From a virus: a stretch of DNA of 64,000 nucleotides. Location: the IMG/VR virus record IMGVR_UViG_3300027909_000018; one strand, given 5' to 3'. Shown one piece after another: positions 1 through 9,196 of this stretch. The notes beneath the pieces were generated by a model, which was not told the DNA's origin, made no database searches, and saw only the letters and a program-made list of their open reading frames with translations. Position 1 is the first letter of the stretch. The number at the start of each line of letters is the position of its first letter. The position numbers and the translations under genes were made by a program.

Positions 1-229
1 GTCCCTCGGCGTCGGGGGTAAACCGAACCGTGTCGCCACTCGTGGCGCTAAGGTTTGACCGCGCGCCGGACCCCGACGGTTTCGAGATAGCCCACGCATA
101 CGTTGTGCCCGTCGGGCTCGTGTTGAGGATAATCTCCTCGGACACGAGATAAGCGGAGACCGTCTTGTTGACCGCCGTGTCGGCGTCAACCATGGTCTTC
201 GTTATCGAGTTGGCTTTTATGCCGGCCAC
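1..229 (-). CDS. Partial tail-fibre-associated protein (runs off window edge), paralog of 5983..6438
   Basis: Hand translation from GTG 229 (overlaps TAG of next gene): MAGIKANSITKTMVDADTAVNKTVSAYLVSEEIIL..., near-identical start to 5983..6438 (MAGIKANSASKTMVDGDTAVDKSVSGYITSEAIIL). Confidence 0.8.
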   Translation of the reverse strand, partial: MAGIKANSITKTMVDADTAVNKTVSAYLVSEEIILNTSPTGTTYAWAISKPSGSGARSNLSATSGDTVRFTPDAEG

Positions 230-2064
230 TAGACGGTCACTTCAATGTTTACGGTTGGCGTGTGGAAAACGGTCATGTGGACCGGGTAGTTGATTAGCTC
301 CGGCTCGAGGGCGACGACCGGATACGAGAGGACGACGAGCTCGACGGGGGGTATGGGGTGGTAGTCCGGGTCCCCGGTGTCCAACGTCAGGGTCGCGTCG
401 GGCGCGGCGACCGAGAAAGCTCCGGCTTGCGCCGCTACACGCCGCCCCGTCTCAAGGCTCGCCGCCTGCCCCGCAAAGAGAATTGCTCCGGCCGCGGCGG
501 CGAGAGTGAACCCGCGCCCAAGGGCGGCGGATTGTCCGGTGTGGGTATAGGGACCGGAGTTGGCGCCAATCTTCCTAGCCGCCCGCAGCCCGGCCGTCTG
601 TCCGGTGTGGACATACGACCCGGACGAAACCGGCAACGTAACGCGCGGGGTTACCGCCTGTCCCGAAGCCGAATACGAGCCCGCAGAGGCGTCTACCTTG
701 CGGCCTACCCTAAGCCCCGCCGTCTGTCCGGAAAGCGCGTAGGAGCCGGCATTCGCGGCCAGCGTATGGCCGATATTGAGGTTTACCGCCTGACCCGTGT
801 GGGTATAGGCGCCGGCCGTTGCGGAAAGCTTCCGGGCAACCCTTAGCCCGGCGTCCTGACCCGTCTCCGTGTAGGAACCCGAGTCGGGCGTTAGCGTCCG
901 GCCCCGCGTCAGGTTCGCGGCCTGGCCGGTAAACGAATAGGAGCCCGAAGCCGCGGAGAGGCGACGGGCAACCGGAAGTCCCGCGGACTGTCCGGTGAAT
1001 GAGTAAGACCCGGACGCGACCGGGAGGGTAAGCCCGAGGGTTACCGCCTGTCCGGTCTCGCTATACGAGCCGGAGACCGCGGTAACGAACCGCGTTGCCC
1101 GAAGCCCGGCGGTCTGACCGGTGAATGTATACGAACCCGAGGCAACGGGTAGCGTCAGCCCAAGCGTCGCCGCTTGCCCAGTCTCTGTGTAGGTCCCGGA
1201 GTCGGCTACGAGCTTGCGCGCCGCCTTGAGGGCCGCGGTCTGACCGGTCTCGGTGTAGGAACCGGAGTCGGCGGAAAGTGTGTAGGCGGCCGGTCCGCTT
1301 ACGACGTACTCGTCGTCGAACCAAGCGGTTGGGTAGGTCTCCGGGTCGAACCAGGCACGCGGCACCAGCTCGGCGTCGAAGTTCTCGGTTCGACTCGTCC
1401 ACCAGATCGGATGGCTACCGGCGTCGTCGGTCGGCGTACCGTTCTTCGTGAAGTTGCCGCCCGTACCGGACTCGTCGACGTTGCAGTCGCTTGCGCTCTG
1501 CATGTCGTTGGCGAACGTGAGGCCGGAGGTTTTCTGCGGGGTACTGTAGTACTTTTCTTTTTGCGCCTCGGACTCCGTCAGTGTGACGTTCCAGATCCGA
1601 AGCTCAGCCATATCGAACTGGCTGTTAGCGTCCCCCGCGAACTTGAACTCGGAGCCGACCGCCATGTAGTCATGGGCGCCCGCCGTCGAGGCTATGTCGG
1701 TAGTCTTGCTCCAGTTCCCGCCCGGCCTCTGGAAGTAGGCCCGGATACCAGTGGCGTTACCGGTAATGCAGATGAACGCCCACCCCGTATAGCTATCGGT
1801 CCAAAGGTTGACCGACGTCCCGCCGTTGTCTTCGAAAAGGTAGAGTGAGCCTCCCGCGTTTCCTTCTAGATAAAAGTTTCGGGTAGTGGTGACCGTGTGC
1901 TCAAGCGCAAAGATATGTGCCCAGTCCTCATACGTGTCGATCCTAAGCCAGAAGCTGACCGAGAAGCTTTCGCAATCCGGGACGTTCGTTGCTCGAGTAA
2001 GCGACGGCGTACCGGGCGTGACGCCGCTGGTGCCGGGGGAGACGTTGAACTGTACGGAAGCCAC
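229..2064 (-). CDS. Tail fibre/receptor-binding protein: N-terminal LamG/concanavalin-like domain plus ~14 repeats of 20-22 aa
   Basis: LamG-like motifs FSVSFWLR and MAELRIWNVTLTESE; repeats xxSGSY(T/S)xTGQxAxL; tail module position. Confidence 0.65.
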   Translation of the reverse strand: MASVQFNVSPGTSGVTPGTPSLTRATNVPDCESFSVSFWLRIDTYEDWAHIFALEHTVTTTRNFYLEGNAGGSLYLFEDNGGTSVNLWTDSYTGWAFICITGNATGIRAYFQRPGGNWSKTTDIASTAGAHDYMAVGSEFKFAGDANSQFDMAELRIWNVTLTESEAQKEKYYSTPQKTSGLTFANDMQSASDCNVDESGTGGNFTKNGTPTDDAGSHPIWWTSRTENFDAELVPRAWFDPETYPTAWFDDEYVVSGPAAYTLSADSGSYTETGQTAALKAARKLVADSGTYTETGQAATLGLTLPVASGSYTFTGQTAGLRATRFVTAVSGSYSETGQAVTLGLTLPVASGSYSFTGQSAGLPVARRLSAASGSYSFTGQAANLTRGRTLTPDSGSYTETGQDAGLRVARKLSATAGAYTHTGQAVNLNIGHTLAANAGSYALSGQTAGLRVGRKVDASAGSYSASGQAVTPRVTLPVSSGSYVHTGQTAGLRAARKIGANSGPYTHTGQSAALGRGFTLAAAAGAILFAGQAASLETGRRVAAQAGAFSVAAPDATLTLDTGDPDYHPIPPVELVVLSYPVVALEPELINYPVHMTVFHTPTVNIEVTV

Positions 2065-2067
2065 ATA

Positions 2068-2613
2068 TCAGCCGAGGAGCGGAGACCACTTGAGCTTGAG
2101 TTCGTCGGTCGTGCGGCAGCCATCGACGTCGAGTGTCGCCGGCAGGTCCCGGAGCTCCTGCCGGTCGGCCTCGATACGGTTGGCGTCGTCGAGGTCGCCG
2201 CGACCAACGGCGCGCATCCAGTCGCGGTCGAGTTGGTCGAGCCTGGAAAGCCGCGCGCGTCTAATTCGGTCGAGATGAATCTTACGGGCTTGGCCGATGT
2301 CGTGGCCGATGGACTCGCCGTCGTCTCGCCACGCGCCGCGGTATGTCCGGTCGGGGGGCACCTCGGCGTCACGGATCCGTCGAAACCTTACCGGCTGCGG
2401 TCGTGGCTCTCCGTCCAAGTCCTTCTCGGGGAATGCTCTCGAGAGTTCGTCCAGTATCACGGCGTCGGTTAGCTTTCGGCACCACCAACCCTCGGTTCGG
2501 TCGACCCATTGCGCCATGGCCGGTAGCTTGTCGCCGTGGCCAACGGTCAAGATCGACATGATCGTTAGCTCGCCGTTGTCGAGAGTAACCGCGATCTTCT
2601 CTTGTGCGAGCAT
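2068..2613 (-). CDS. Tail fibre assembly/chaperone-like protein
   Basis: ATG at 2613 in TAATG overlap; C-terminal ARKIHLDRIRRAR...DRQELRDLPA typical of fibre-assembly proteins. Confidence 0.55.
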   Translation of the reverse strand: MLAQEKIAVTLDNGELTIMSILTVGHGDKLPAMAQWVDRTEGWWCRKLTDAVILDELSRAFPEKDLDGEPRPQPVRFRRIRDAEVPPDRTYRGAWRDDGESIGHDIGQARKIHLDRIRRARLSRLDQLDRDWMRAVGRGDLDDANRIEADRQELRDLPATLDVDGCRTTDELKLKWSPLLG

Positions 2614-3383
2614 TAGTGATCCCCGAATCCGCAAACGTGCCAACGGGTAGGGTCTTGAATGACCGGTGTCGCCTGGCCGTCGATACAGAAGACAATGATC
2701 GAGCCGGCCGCGATGCTGCGCGTTGTAGCCAAGCGTGCGTTTGCCACGGCGCTAGAGGTCGTCCCCTCGCCGGTCGCCATGCAACACCAGTTGGCCGACG
2801 AGAAGTCGGTAGCGATCGTTACAGTCGCTTCCGTCGTGCCGTCCGAAATGGACGTCATGTTGTACGAGGCTAGGATCGTTGTTGAGTTGCCAGTGAACAC
2901 AACCCAGAACTTGGCGGCGCTGGGGTGGAAATGCTGGCGCCCGGGAGTCACGAAAACCGACGTGGACGAGCCGGCCTCCATCTCGGCTTGGCTCGCGACG
3001 GGACCGGGAGTTAAGTACTCGGCCCCGTTGACGTCGTAGTGATGCCAGCGCCCCTCCTCGTCGAGTGTTAGCGTCTCGCCGATAAGAAGGTTGCAACCGT
3101 AAAGCTCGTGCTCGAGTGTGCCGTCGCTATGGTTTACCTGGACGTTGCAAGAGACCGAGGCGTGGTTGTTTCGGAGGTTGAGTAGCTTTACGTTTCTTTG
3201 CGTCGACGAAGCTGGAGACCCAACGACCGTTGTGGTTGTCGCGCTGGTTATGCTTGTCGTGTTGGTCCGCCCGGGCGTAACCGTCCCGGAGTTCAGGTCA
3301 ATCCACGAGGCGTGAACCTCGATGTCCGAGCTTGCGTCAGTAACAACCCTGACGAGGTCGCCGGTTCCGGTAAGTAGCAACAA
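2613..3383 (-). CDS. Tail fibre-related structural protein (256 aa)
   Basis: Thr/Ser-rich beta-type ORF, coupled to neighbours; C-terminal SISDGTTEATVTIATDFSSANW resembles fibre C-terminal domains. Confidence 0.55.
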   Translation of the reverse strand: MLLLTGTGDLVRVVTDASSDIEVHASWIDLNSGTVTPGRTNTTSITSATTTTVVGSPASSTQRNVKLLNLRNNHASVSCNVQVNHSDGTLEHELYGCNLLIGETLTLDEEGRWHHYDVNGAEYLTPGPVASQAEMEAGSSTSVFVTPGRQHFHPSAAKFWVVFTGNSTTILASYNMTSISDGTTEATVTIATDFSSANWCCMATGEGTTSSAVANARLATTRSIAAGSIIVFCIDGQATPVIQDPTRWHVCGFGDH

Positions 3384-3397
3384 TTCGGTTTACCTAA

Positions 3398-3820
3398 TTA
3401 GGCCAGCGTGAGAATCGACGACCCGAAGTCGACCGTAAACGTCTCGCCGTCGTTGACGGAGATAGCCGAGCCGTAGTCCCACCAACCAATCAGGGGGTCC
3501 GCTGGGCTGGTCGGAGTGTCGTTGTAAAGCACGGCATATTGGAACGGTCCAAACGAACCGCCGGACGCCGTAAACACAACGTCGTTGCCAACCAAGCTGT
3601 ACGTACCGCCCGACTGGGCGGAGCTTGTGATGGTGATGGCGGTTCCGCCGGACGGGTAGCCGTTCTGCGCCGTAATCTCGGCCATGTCGGCCTTGACGCT
3701 GTCACCGGAAGCCGACGGGGCCGCGTTGCTAAGGTAGATTTTGATAGCGTCGGCGCCGAGGTTGTGGACCTTCTCTGCGAGGTTCTCGACGAAGACCTGA
3801 AACTTGTTAAACGATGCCAA
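3398..3820 (-). CDS. Conserved phage virion protein (140 aa)
   Basis: MASFNKF...IKIYLSNAAP...GPFQYAVLYNDT...LIGWWDYG pattern recurrent in phage tail regions. Confidence 0.7.
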   Translation of the reverse strand: MASFNKFQVFVENLAEKVHNLGADAIKIYLSNAAPSASGDSVKADMAEITAQNGYPSGGTAITITSSAQSGGTYSLVGNDVVFTASGGSFGPFQYAVLYNDTPTSPADPLIGWWDYGSAISVNDGETFTVDFGSSILTLA

Positions 3821-3831
3821 TGTGTTTCTCC

Positions 3832-4137
3832 CTAAGCCACTATCAACTCAAACGGATTGCAGCGTATGACGCCGCCCGGAACCGCGAGACGCGCGGAAAC
3901 CGTAAACCTACCCTTGACGTCCACGTCCCCCGCGGTGAACACGTGACGACCCTCAATCTCGGCGGACGACTGCGCCGATAGCGTCGTCGTCCAATCGGTA
4001 TACGTGTCGGTTGCGGACCGGACACGTAGTGTTACCGTGGTAACAGTAGACAGATCCAGCCCACTCTCCCCGGGCGAGATGGTGAACGGCAGCTCTTCCG
4101 GCGCCACGGCTCCTGCGTAAACTGTGACCTTAATCAC
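3832..4137 (-). CDS. Small beta-rich tail protein (BppU-N-like, tentative)
   Basis: ORF packing; DLSTVTTVTLRV...HVFTAGDVDVKGRFTV. Confidence 0.5.
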   Translation of the reverse strand: MIKVTVYAGAVAPEELPFTISPGESGLDLSTVTTVTLRVRSATDTYTDWTTTLSAQSSAEIEGRHVFTAGDVDVKGRFTVSARLAVPGGVIRCNPFELIVA

Positions 4138-4292
4138 TTCTCGGCTAGAGCTTTCTCTAGCTCCTCAACCTTGAGCTTGAGTTGGTCGCGTTCGACCTTA
4201 ATCGCGTCGCGCTCTTCGCACGCCTCGACCAAGAGCTGCTCCTGAACTCCGTTCATGCTTTTCATTAGGTTGTGTACGGCTTCGAATCGCAT
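4134..4292 (-). CDS. 52-aa coiled-coil protein (not in ORF track)
   Basis: Hand translation MRFEAVHNLMKSMNGVQEQLLVEACEERDAIKVERDQLKLKVEELEKALAEK; GGAGG RBS; GTGA overlap with next gene. Confidence 0.7.
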   Translation of the reverse strand: MRFEAVHNLMKSMNGVQEQLLVEACEERDAIKVERDQLKLKVEELEKALAEK

Positions 4293-4309
4293 ACGCTCCT
4301 CCTATGCGG

Positions 4310-5983
4310 TTACTGGAACAGGCCGATTGCAATCAGGTCCGTGATGATCGTGCCAACAACCGCGGCAAGCTCCGGCGTCCCAACCGTGCTCACGTCAAAC
4401 GCGCGGTCGGTAGACGGGTTCGTAACGGTGTAGTCGGGAATAGCGACCGGGGCTTGTCCGTTGAACCCTGTTCCGGTCGAGTTGCATCGGACCTTGTAAC
4501 CGCCGGACACCAAAAGCGCGCTTTCCGATCCGCCGTTTACCCATGCGTTAGTTGAGACGCTGTCTCCAAAAATTACCGTCCCGGTGCTGGACGTCCAACT
4601 CATCAGCGGGACGTTTCCGGAATCCGCGTTGTTTCGCGCTTGGATGCTCGGCGTGCCGTTCGGCAAACGAATCTCACCCGCACTCGCCGCGCTACCCGCG
4701 CCGCTGCCGGCGACCAACCCCAAGCGCAGGATTGGCGATCCAATGTTGACCTGGATCTGTCCGGTCGTTACGATGTTGTTGCTTTGCGCGTCCACCGTCG
4801 TCGAGTTGATCTCGAGCTCGGGGGTTCCGTTGATTCGGACGGAGTGTAAGCCGCTTGTCTTTACGTCGTAGACGGCGTTCGCGACCCCGTTCGTGCCGCT
4901 TGCGCCGAAGTACAGCGCGTCGGACCCGTCGGTCGTGAGCGCTCGCATGTCGGCGCTGTTGCCGGCGTTGCGGACCCTAATCTCCGCGGCACTCTCGAGA
5001 CGAAACGCACCGGTCGTAGAGGGGGTGCCGCCAATCGAGAGAAACTCGTTACCGACCTGGATACACTGGGCAACGTCCTCGAAAACCTTGAACGTGCCTC
5101 CGGTCGGCAGGATAACCAGCACCCCGTTGGTCCCCGGGTTCGTACTGTTGCCGATCGTGATGCCGTCAGAGGCGTTCTTTCCAATACCGATTACGTCGCC
5201 GGTACCGGCGTTGTTGCGAAAGTTTAGACCGCCGCCGGTTTCAAGTCGCAGCGCACCCGATGCCGCTGGCGTATTTCCAACCGAGATGAACTCGGAGGCG
5301 ATCCGCACAACTTCGGTACCGTTGACCTGGAACGCATAAACGCCGCTAGTCTGAACATCGAATATCGTATTGACGGGACGACCAGTAGCGCGGCCGATTA
5401 GAAGCTGCTCAGACGTGTCGACGGCCATACCGATAACATCGGTACCCGCGGGGCTTGCCTCCCACGCGATATCGTCGTCGTTAGAAAGCCTGATCCGCCC
5501 AGCGTCGGCTGGGTCCGCACCCATGGAAAGGGTCCCAGTAAGCGCAAGGCTCCCGCCGGCAACGGCGGCAAGATTGAGAACCGAGTTGATATCGTCGGTC
5601 CACCCATGAGTCGCCTGCCTGGCAAGCTCCTCCCCCGCTGCAAACGGCATGCGACCCTGGGAGTTGACGGTGCCAACGATGCCGTACGCCGACAGGGCCC
5701 TCCCTTTGGTGTCCGAGACGAGACACTTGACCAGGAACGAACGGCCTAGCCCGTCTCCCGGGTCCGCGGGTAGAGCAAACGTAGCCGTCGCACCCGACGG
5801 AACACCCGCGGGAGTAATCGTCGGCGCGGTCTGCGTGCTCTTGCTTGTCCCCGGAATCGACCACTGAACGGTATGGACGTCTGACAGTGATGTCAGGGCA
5901 AGCGTAACCGTAGACGTGTAGGCCGCGGAAACGGAGGCCGGGACGGCGGTTCCGTTAATGGTAAAGGCTGCGGATAAAGTCAT
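4310..5983 (-). CDS. Tail fibre protein (557 aa)
   Basis: Gly/Ser/Thr-rich with internal repeats (F.V.GTEVVRI...EF.S.G.TP...GA.RLE). Confidence 0.7.
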   Translation of the reverse strand: MTLSAAFTINGTAVPASVSAAYTSTVTLALTSLSDVHTVQWSIPGTSKSTQTAPTITPAGVPSGATATFALPADPGDGLGRSFLVKCLVSDTKGRALSAYGIVGTVNSQGRMPFAAGEELARQATHGWTDDINSVLNLAAVAGGSLALTGTLSMGADPADAGRIRLSNDDDIAWEASPAGTDVIGMAVDTSEQLLIGRATGRPVNTIFDVQTSGVYAFQVNGTEVVRIASEFISVGNTPAASGALRLETGGGLNFRNNAGTGDVIGIGKNASDGITIGNSTNPGTNGVLVILPTGGTFKVFEDVAQCIQVGNEFLSIGGTPSTTGAFRLESAAEIRVRNAGNSADMRALTTDGSDALYFGASGTNGVANAVYDVKTSGLHSVRINGTPELEINSTTVDAQSNNIVTTGQIQVNIGSPILRLGLVAGSGAGSAASAGEIRLPNGTPSIQARNNADSGNVPLMSWTSSTGTVIFGDSVSTNAWVNGGSESALLVSGGYKVRCNSTGTGFNGQAPVAIPDYTVTNPSTDRAFDVSTVGTPELAAVVGTIITDLIAIGLFQ

Positions 5984-6438
5984 TATGACTGTGTAATCGT
6001 GTGCACGGTGCCGTCGGTTCTCTTAACCGCCAACGTCCCGGCGTCGCTTGAGAAGAACAGCGTTTGACCCGACGCCGGTGTCGGAACCTGCGAGTTTGCG
6101 ATCGGAAGGAACCTGATGGCGCCAAGGAACGAAACGGCTCCGATGTTGACGCACGAGATGCGAATCACGTAACTCGTCACACCGTCGACAGTGACGTTTA
6201 CGAGAAAGATTCCCTCGACGTCGGGGACGAACGAGATGCTCGCCTCGTCGGTGTCGCTGAGGTCCGCCCTAGCCGAAGAGCCCGTCGGCTTGGACAGCGA
6301 CCAGGCAAACGTCGATGGCGAACCGGTGACCGTTAGAATTATCGCTTCGGACGTGATGTAACCCGAGACCGACTTGTCAACGGCGGTGTCGCCGTCGACC
6401 ATGGTCTTGCTGGCACTGTTGGCTTTGATGCCCGCCAT
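5983..6438 (-). CDS. Tail-fibre-associated protein (151 aa)
   Basis: ORF coupled on both sides; paralog of 1..229. Confidence 0.7.
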   Translation of the reverse strand: MAGIKANSASKTMVDGDTAVDKSVSGYITSEAIILTVTGSPSTFAWSLSKPTGSSARADLSDTDEASISFVPDVEGIFLVNVTVDGVTSYVIRISCVNIGAVSFLGAIRFLPIANSQVPTPASGQTLFFSSDAGTLAVKRTDGTVHTITQS

Positions 6439-7319
6439 TAGCTGCCGATCCCCTGGAACGACAGCTCAATCACGCGCCACGTCCCGCCGATGCGCATTAG
6501 CTTTACGGCGAACGGAGACGTCGCTGCGTTGCGACTGATAGTTGCAACCGTTGTGGGCCCCGGGATGCGGACCACGGCGGCAACTCCGCCCGTTGCCTCT
6601 TCACACACAACGCGGAGCTCGTCGCCGTTTGCGCAGCTCGTGTCGTCGATTGTGAAGTTGCGGTTGACGCTTAGGACGCCGTCTGGAATGAAGTAAACGT
6701 CGGCTGTCTGCGGGGTAATGCTGGCGTCGGCGTCGGAGCTAACGCTGCTCGTCCGGTACCTGATGCGCCCGCTGCTAGCGAAACCGATGATCGAGCTTCC
6801 GCCAACCGTCAGCGTTCCGGTAAGCGAGTGCGTGTCCCCGGAGCCGTTGCCGATATTGCAATCCCCGTTGCCGTTCAGTGTGCCGGTGACGGTAATTGAG
6901 CTATTGCAAACAACCGCACCGCCGAATGTGCAGGTGTTGACCTGCATGTCGCAATCAACGTCGACGCTGCACGTGCCCGCAATGCTAAGGAGTGTGGTAC
7001 CGCTAAGCGCTACCGTACCGGTTCCGGCAACGGATAGCGTGCCGTTGGTTGTGGCAAGCGTTCCGTTCCACTGGTGGACGTCGGCGACGTCGTTGCCGAG
7101 TGTGCAGTTGCCGGTTGATGCAAACGTGTTGCACGAGAAGCCGGAGCCGCCAACCTGGAGACCGGAACCGTTGATAACGAGTGCCGACGACGGCGCAAAC
7201 GTGCCGCCCGCGTTACCGTCTAGAGCTCGACTGTGGTCGAGATCAAGCTGGTTCATCTCCGTAGAGAGCAGCTTCTGATTTGTCGCCCAACCGGTGGGCT
7301 GAATGCGTGAGAACGTCAA
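6438..7319 (-). CDS. Tail fibre/baseplate-attachment protein (293 aa)
   Basis: N-terminus MTFSRIQPTGWATNQKLLSTEMNQLD typical of fibre N-termini; beta-helix-like middle. Confidence 0.65.
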   Translation of the reverse strand: MTFSRIQPTGWATNQKLLSTEMNQLDLDHSRALDGNAGGTFAPSSALVINGSGLQVGGSGFSCNTFASTGNCTLGNDVADVHQWNGTLATTNGTLSVAGTGTVALSGTTLLSIAGTCSVDVDCDMQVNTCTFGGAVVCNSSITVTGTLNGNGDCNIGNGSGDTHSLTGTLTVGGSSIIGFASSGRIRYRTSSVSSDADASITPQTADVYFIPDGVLSVNRNFTIDDTSCANGDELRVVCEEATGGVAAVVRIPGPTTVATISRNAATSPFAVKLMRIGGTWRVIELSFQGIGS

Positions 7320-7444
7320 TTCAATCCCTCTACGTCAAGTCGCGATACGTCCAAGCGGAACCCGTCTTCCTCACCTCCGTCAAACACGGGTCCGCATCCG
7401 GCAACCATCATCATGATGAGTGCCTCTCGTCTTGTTAGAATCAC
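7316..7444 (-). CDS. 42-aa putative lipopeptide (not in ORF track)
   Basis: MILTRREALIMMMVAGCGPVFDGGEEDGFRLDVSRLDVEGLN; start overlaps upstream stop (GTGA) and stop overlaps downstream start (TTGA), exactly filling the gap. Confidence 0.55.
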   Translation of the reverse strand: MILTRREALIMMMVAGCGPVFDGGEEDGFRLDVSRLDVEGLN

Positions 7445-8214
7445 GACGGTGTTAGCCCCTCAAGGTCCAGCGAAGACAGGTCAAGTAAGAACCCATCGTT
7501 TTCAACAACCCACTCCCAAGACGCCCAAACCGGAAGCATCCGATCTAGAAGCGTGTAGAGCTGTATGTCCATAAGGTTCAGGAACTCGTCCAGTGTCACA
7601 CCGGACGGTTGCTGAACGACAACAACAAGCCGGCACCGTTCCGAGAGCCACGCGCCGCCGCCGAGGTCATATGCGGGGGGACCGGGGTTGACGGTAGGCC
7701 AGAACGTCTGTGTGGGAGGCGTTGCCAGATCGGTTCCGGTGATTAGCTGCAACTCAATAAACGCCTCGCCGAGCAGATCGCTGACCGCCGCCTCGACCTC
7801 GGTAAATATGTTTCCCTTGCTCGACCGGTAGTGAGCCGCGCAACGCTGGCGCTTCTGCCACTTCTGGTCGTCCGGTGCCGTCGGGATATTGAGGAACTCG
7901 ACCCAGTAGTCGAGCTTTTCGTCCGACCTACCAGGGACCGAGTTGGCTCTAACTTTCTCGGGGATTCTTGAGCATGTCGCGGAAAAGAACCTTGCGAGCG
8001 CTAGGTTTTCGGCGTGCACCAGAGTCCCAAGCTTCTGCGCGAACCCGGAGCCGCGCATTGCTTGGAGCTCGCGATACCAGCCGCCCGCGTAAGGCGTGGT
8101 CCCCTCGAGCTCCGAGCCCTCCTTGTCGAGGTCCCCGCCGTAGTCGCCGATCTGTGCGCGCCGAGCCCACGCCGGATACCCGGTCGGCACGCACGTCGCT
8201 TGCTTGAGTGCCAC
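7441..8214 (-). CDS. Baseplate wedge protein (Mu gp48/gpI-like)
   Basis: Downstream of baseplate J; LDYWVEFLNIP...QRCAAH and LDRMLPVWASW motifs. Confidence 0.6.
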   Translation of the reverse strand: MALKQATCVPTGYPAWARRAQIGDYGGDLDKEGSELEGTTPYAGGWYRELQAMRGSGFAQKLGTLVHAENLALARFFSATCSRIPEKVRANSVPGRSDEKLDYWVEFLNIPTAPDDQKWQKRQRCAAHYRSSKGNIFTEVEAAVSDLLGEAFIELQLITGTDLATPPTQTFWPTVNPGPPAYDLGGGAWLSERCRLVVVVQQPSGVTLDEFLNLMDIQLYTLLDRMLPVWASWEWVVENDGFLLDLSSLDLEGLTPS

Positions 8215-8660
8215 TAGTTGATCCTGACGGTAACCTTGCCGTCAACCGCGGCTCCGGCCGCGTCGAAGCTACGGACACGGAACCCGTCGGCCTGAGTGAC
8301 AACCGTCACGATCATAGCCGTCGCACCGTGTCCGGAGCCCTGCGCTTGACGCACGGCTAGCGGATAGTCAATCTCGTACGGGTCGAGCCACTGCCGCGCG
8401 GTCCACGTAAAGGTGACATCGCCGGTGCCATTGACGACACGCGAGTTGGGCGCGTAAGCGGAACCGACACCATGCATGCCATGAAAGGCGTCGATGGTGA
8501 CCGTCGCGCCGCTCTTCGTGTAGGTAAGCAAGCACAGCGGAGCCGTGCGATTTACGGCTGCCTGGTCGGCGCAGAGACGTGCATGTGTCTCGGGAGACCA
8601 GCCCTCTTCCGCACTACCGCCTAGCCGAATCGGCATCGGCGCAAAGGCACCGAACGGCAT
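8214..8660 (-). CDS. Baseplate/tail protein, paralog of 8660..9196
   Basis: Shared NGTGDVTFT...DPY...VR.FDAAGA..DG. Confidence 0.6.
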   Translation of the reverse strand: MPFGAFAPMPIRLGGSAEEGWSPETHARLCADQAAVNRTAPLCLLTYTKSGATVTIDAFHGMHGVGSAYAPNSRVVNGTGDVTFTWTARQWLDPYEIDYPLAVRQAQGSGHGATAMIVTVVTQADGFRVRSFDAAGAAVDGKVTVRIN

Positions 8661-9196
8661 CAGAGAACCGATAGGGAATAGCGGCCGTCGCCCAGTGGCG
8701 CGCCCGCCGCATCAAACGCGCGCACTCGAACGGTCTGACCGCTGATTACGCATGTGGCGATCGCGGCAACTGTCGTATTAGGAGTGGCATGGGCGTGTGC
8801 CGGCGTGTATGCGCCAGAAACACCGTACGGGTCAGAGTAACTAGAAGCAAATGTGAACGTTACATCGCCAGTACCGTTGCGTGCCGCGCTTGGAAACCCG
8901 GTAGGCGGCGCGTCTCCGGCGTAGCTGGTAAGTCTGACACCGGTCATCATATGCACGAACTCGACCGTGGGCGCCGCCGGGACCGAGTCGTTACATAGGT
9001 AGCGAATCTCGGCGAACGAGGCCGTGCGCGCGTAGGCCTCGGCGTCGGCCGCAAGTCGGGCTAGCTCTTCAGCTCCGACGTCGGTAAGGGCGTCGATAAC
9101 ACCCTGGGACAAATAGTTGCGCTTGGACGGGTGGCCCCCGTAGTCAAGGTGGCTGACGGTGCGGACCCAGGCCGGAGCCCCTGCGGGTGTTACCAT
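8660..9196 (-). CDS. Baseplate/tail protein, paralog of 8214..8660
   Basis: Shared NGTGDVTFT...DPY...VRAFDAAGAPLGDG. Confidence 0.6.
   Translation of the reverse strand: MVTPAGAPAWVRTVSHLDYGGHPSKRNYLSQGVIDALTDVGAEELARLAADAEAYARTASFAEIRYLCNDSVPAAPTVEFVHMMTGVRLTSYAGDAPPTGFPSAARNGTGDVTFTFASSYSDPYGVSGAYTPAHAHATPNTTVAAIATCVISGQTVRVRAFDAAGAPLGDGRYSLSVL

Noticed and set aside
229-7319. Diversity-generating retroelement acting on fibre genes
   Set aside because: No reverse transcriptase and no template/variable repeat pair recognised in the window.
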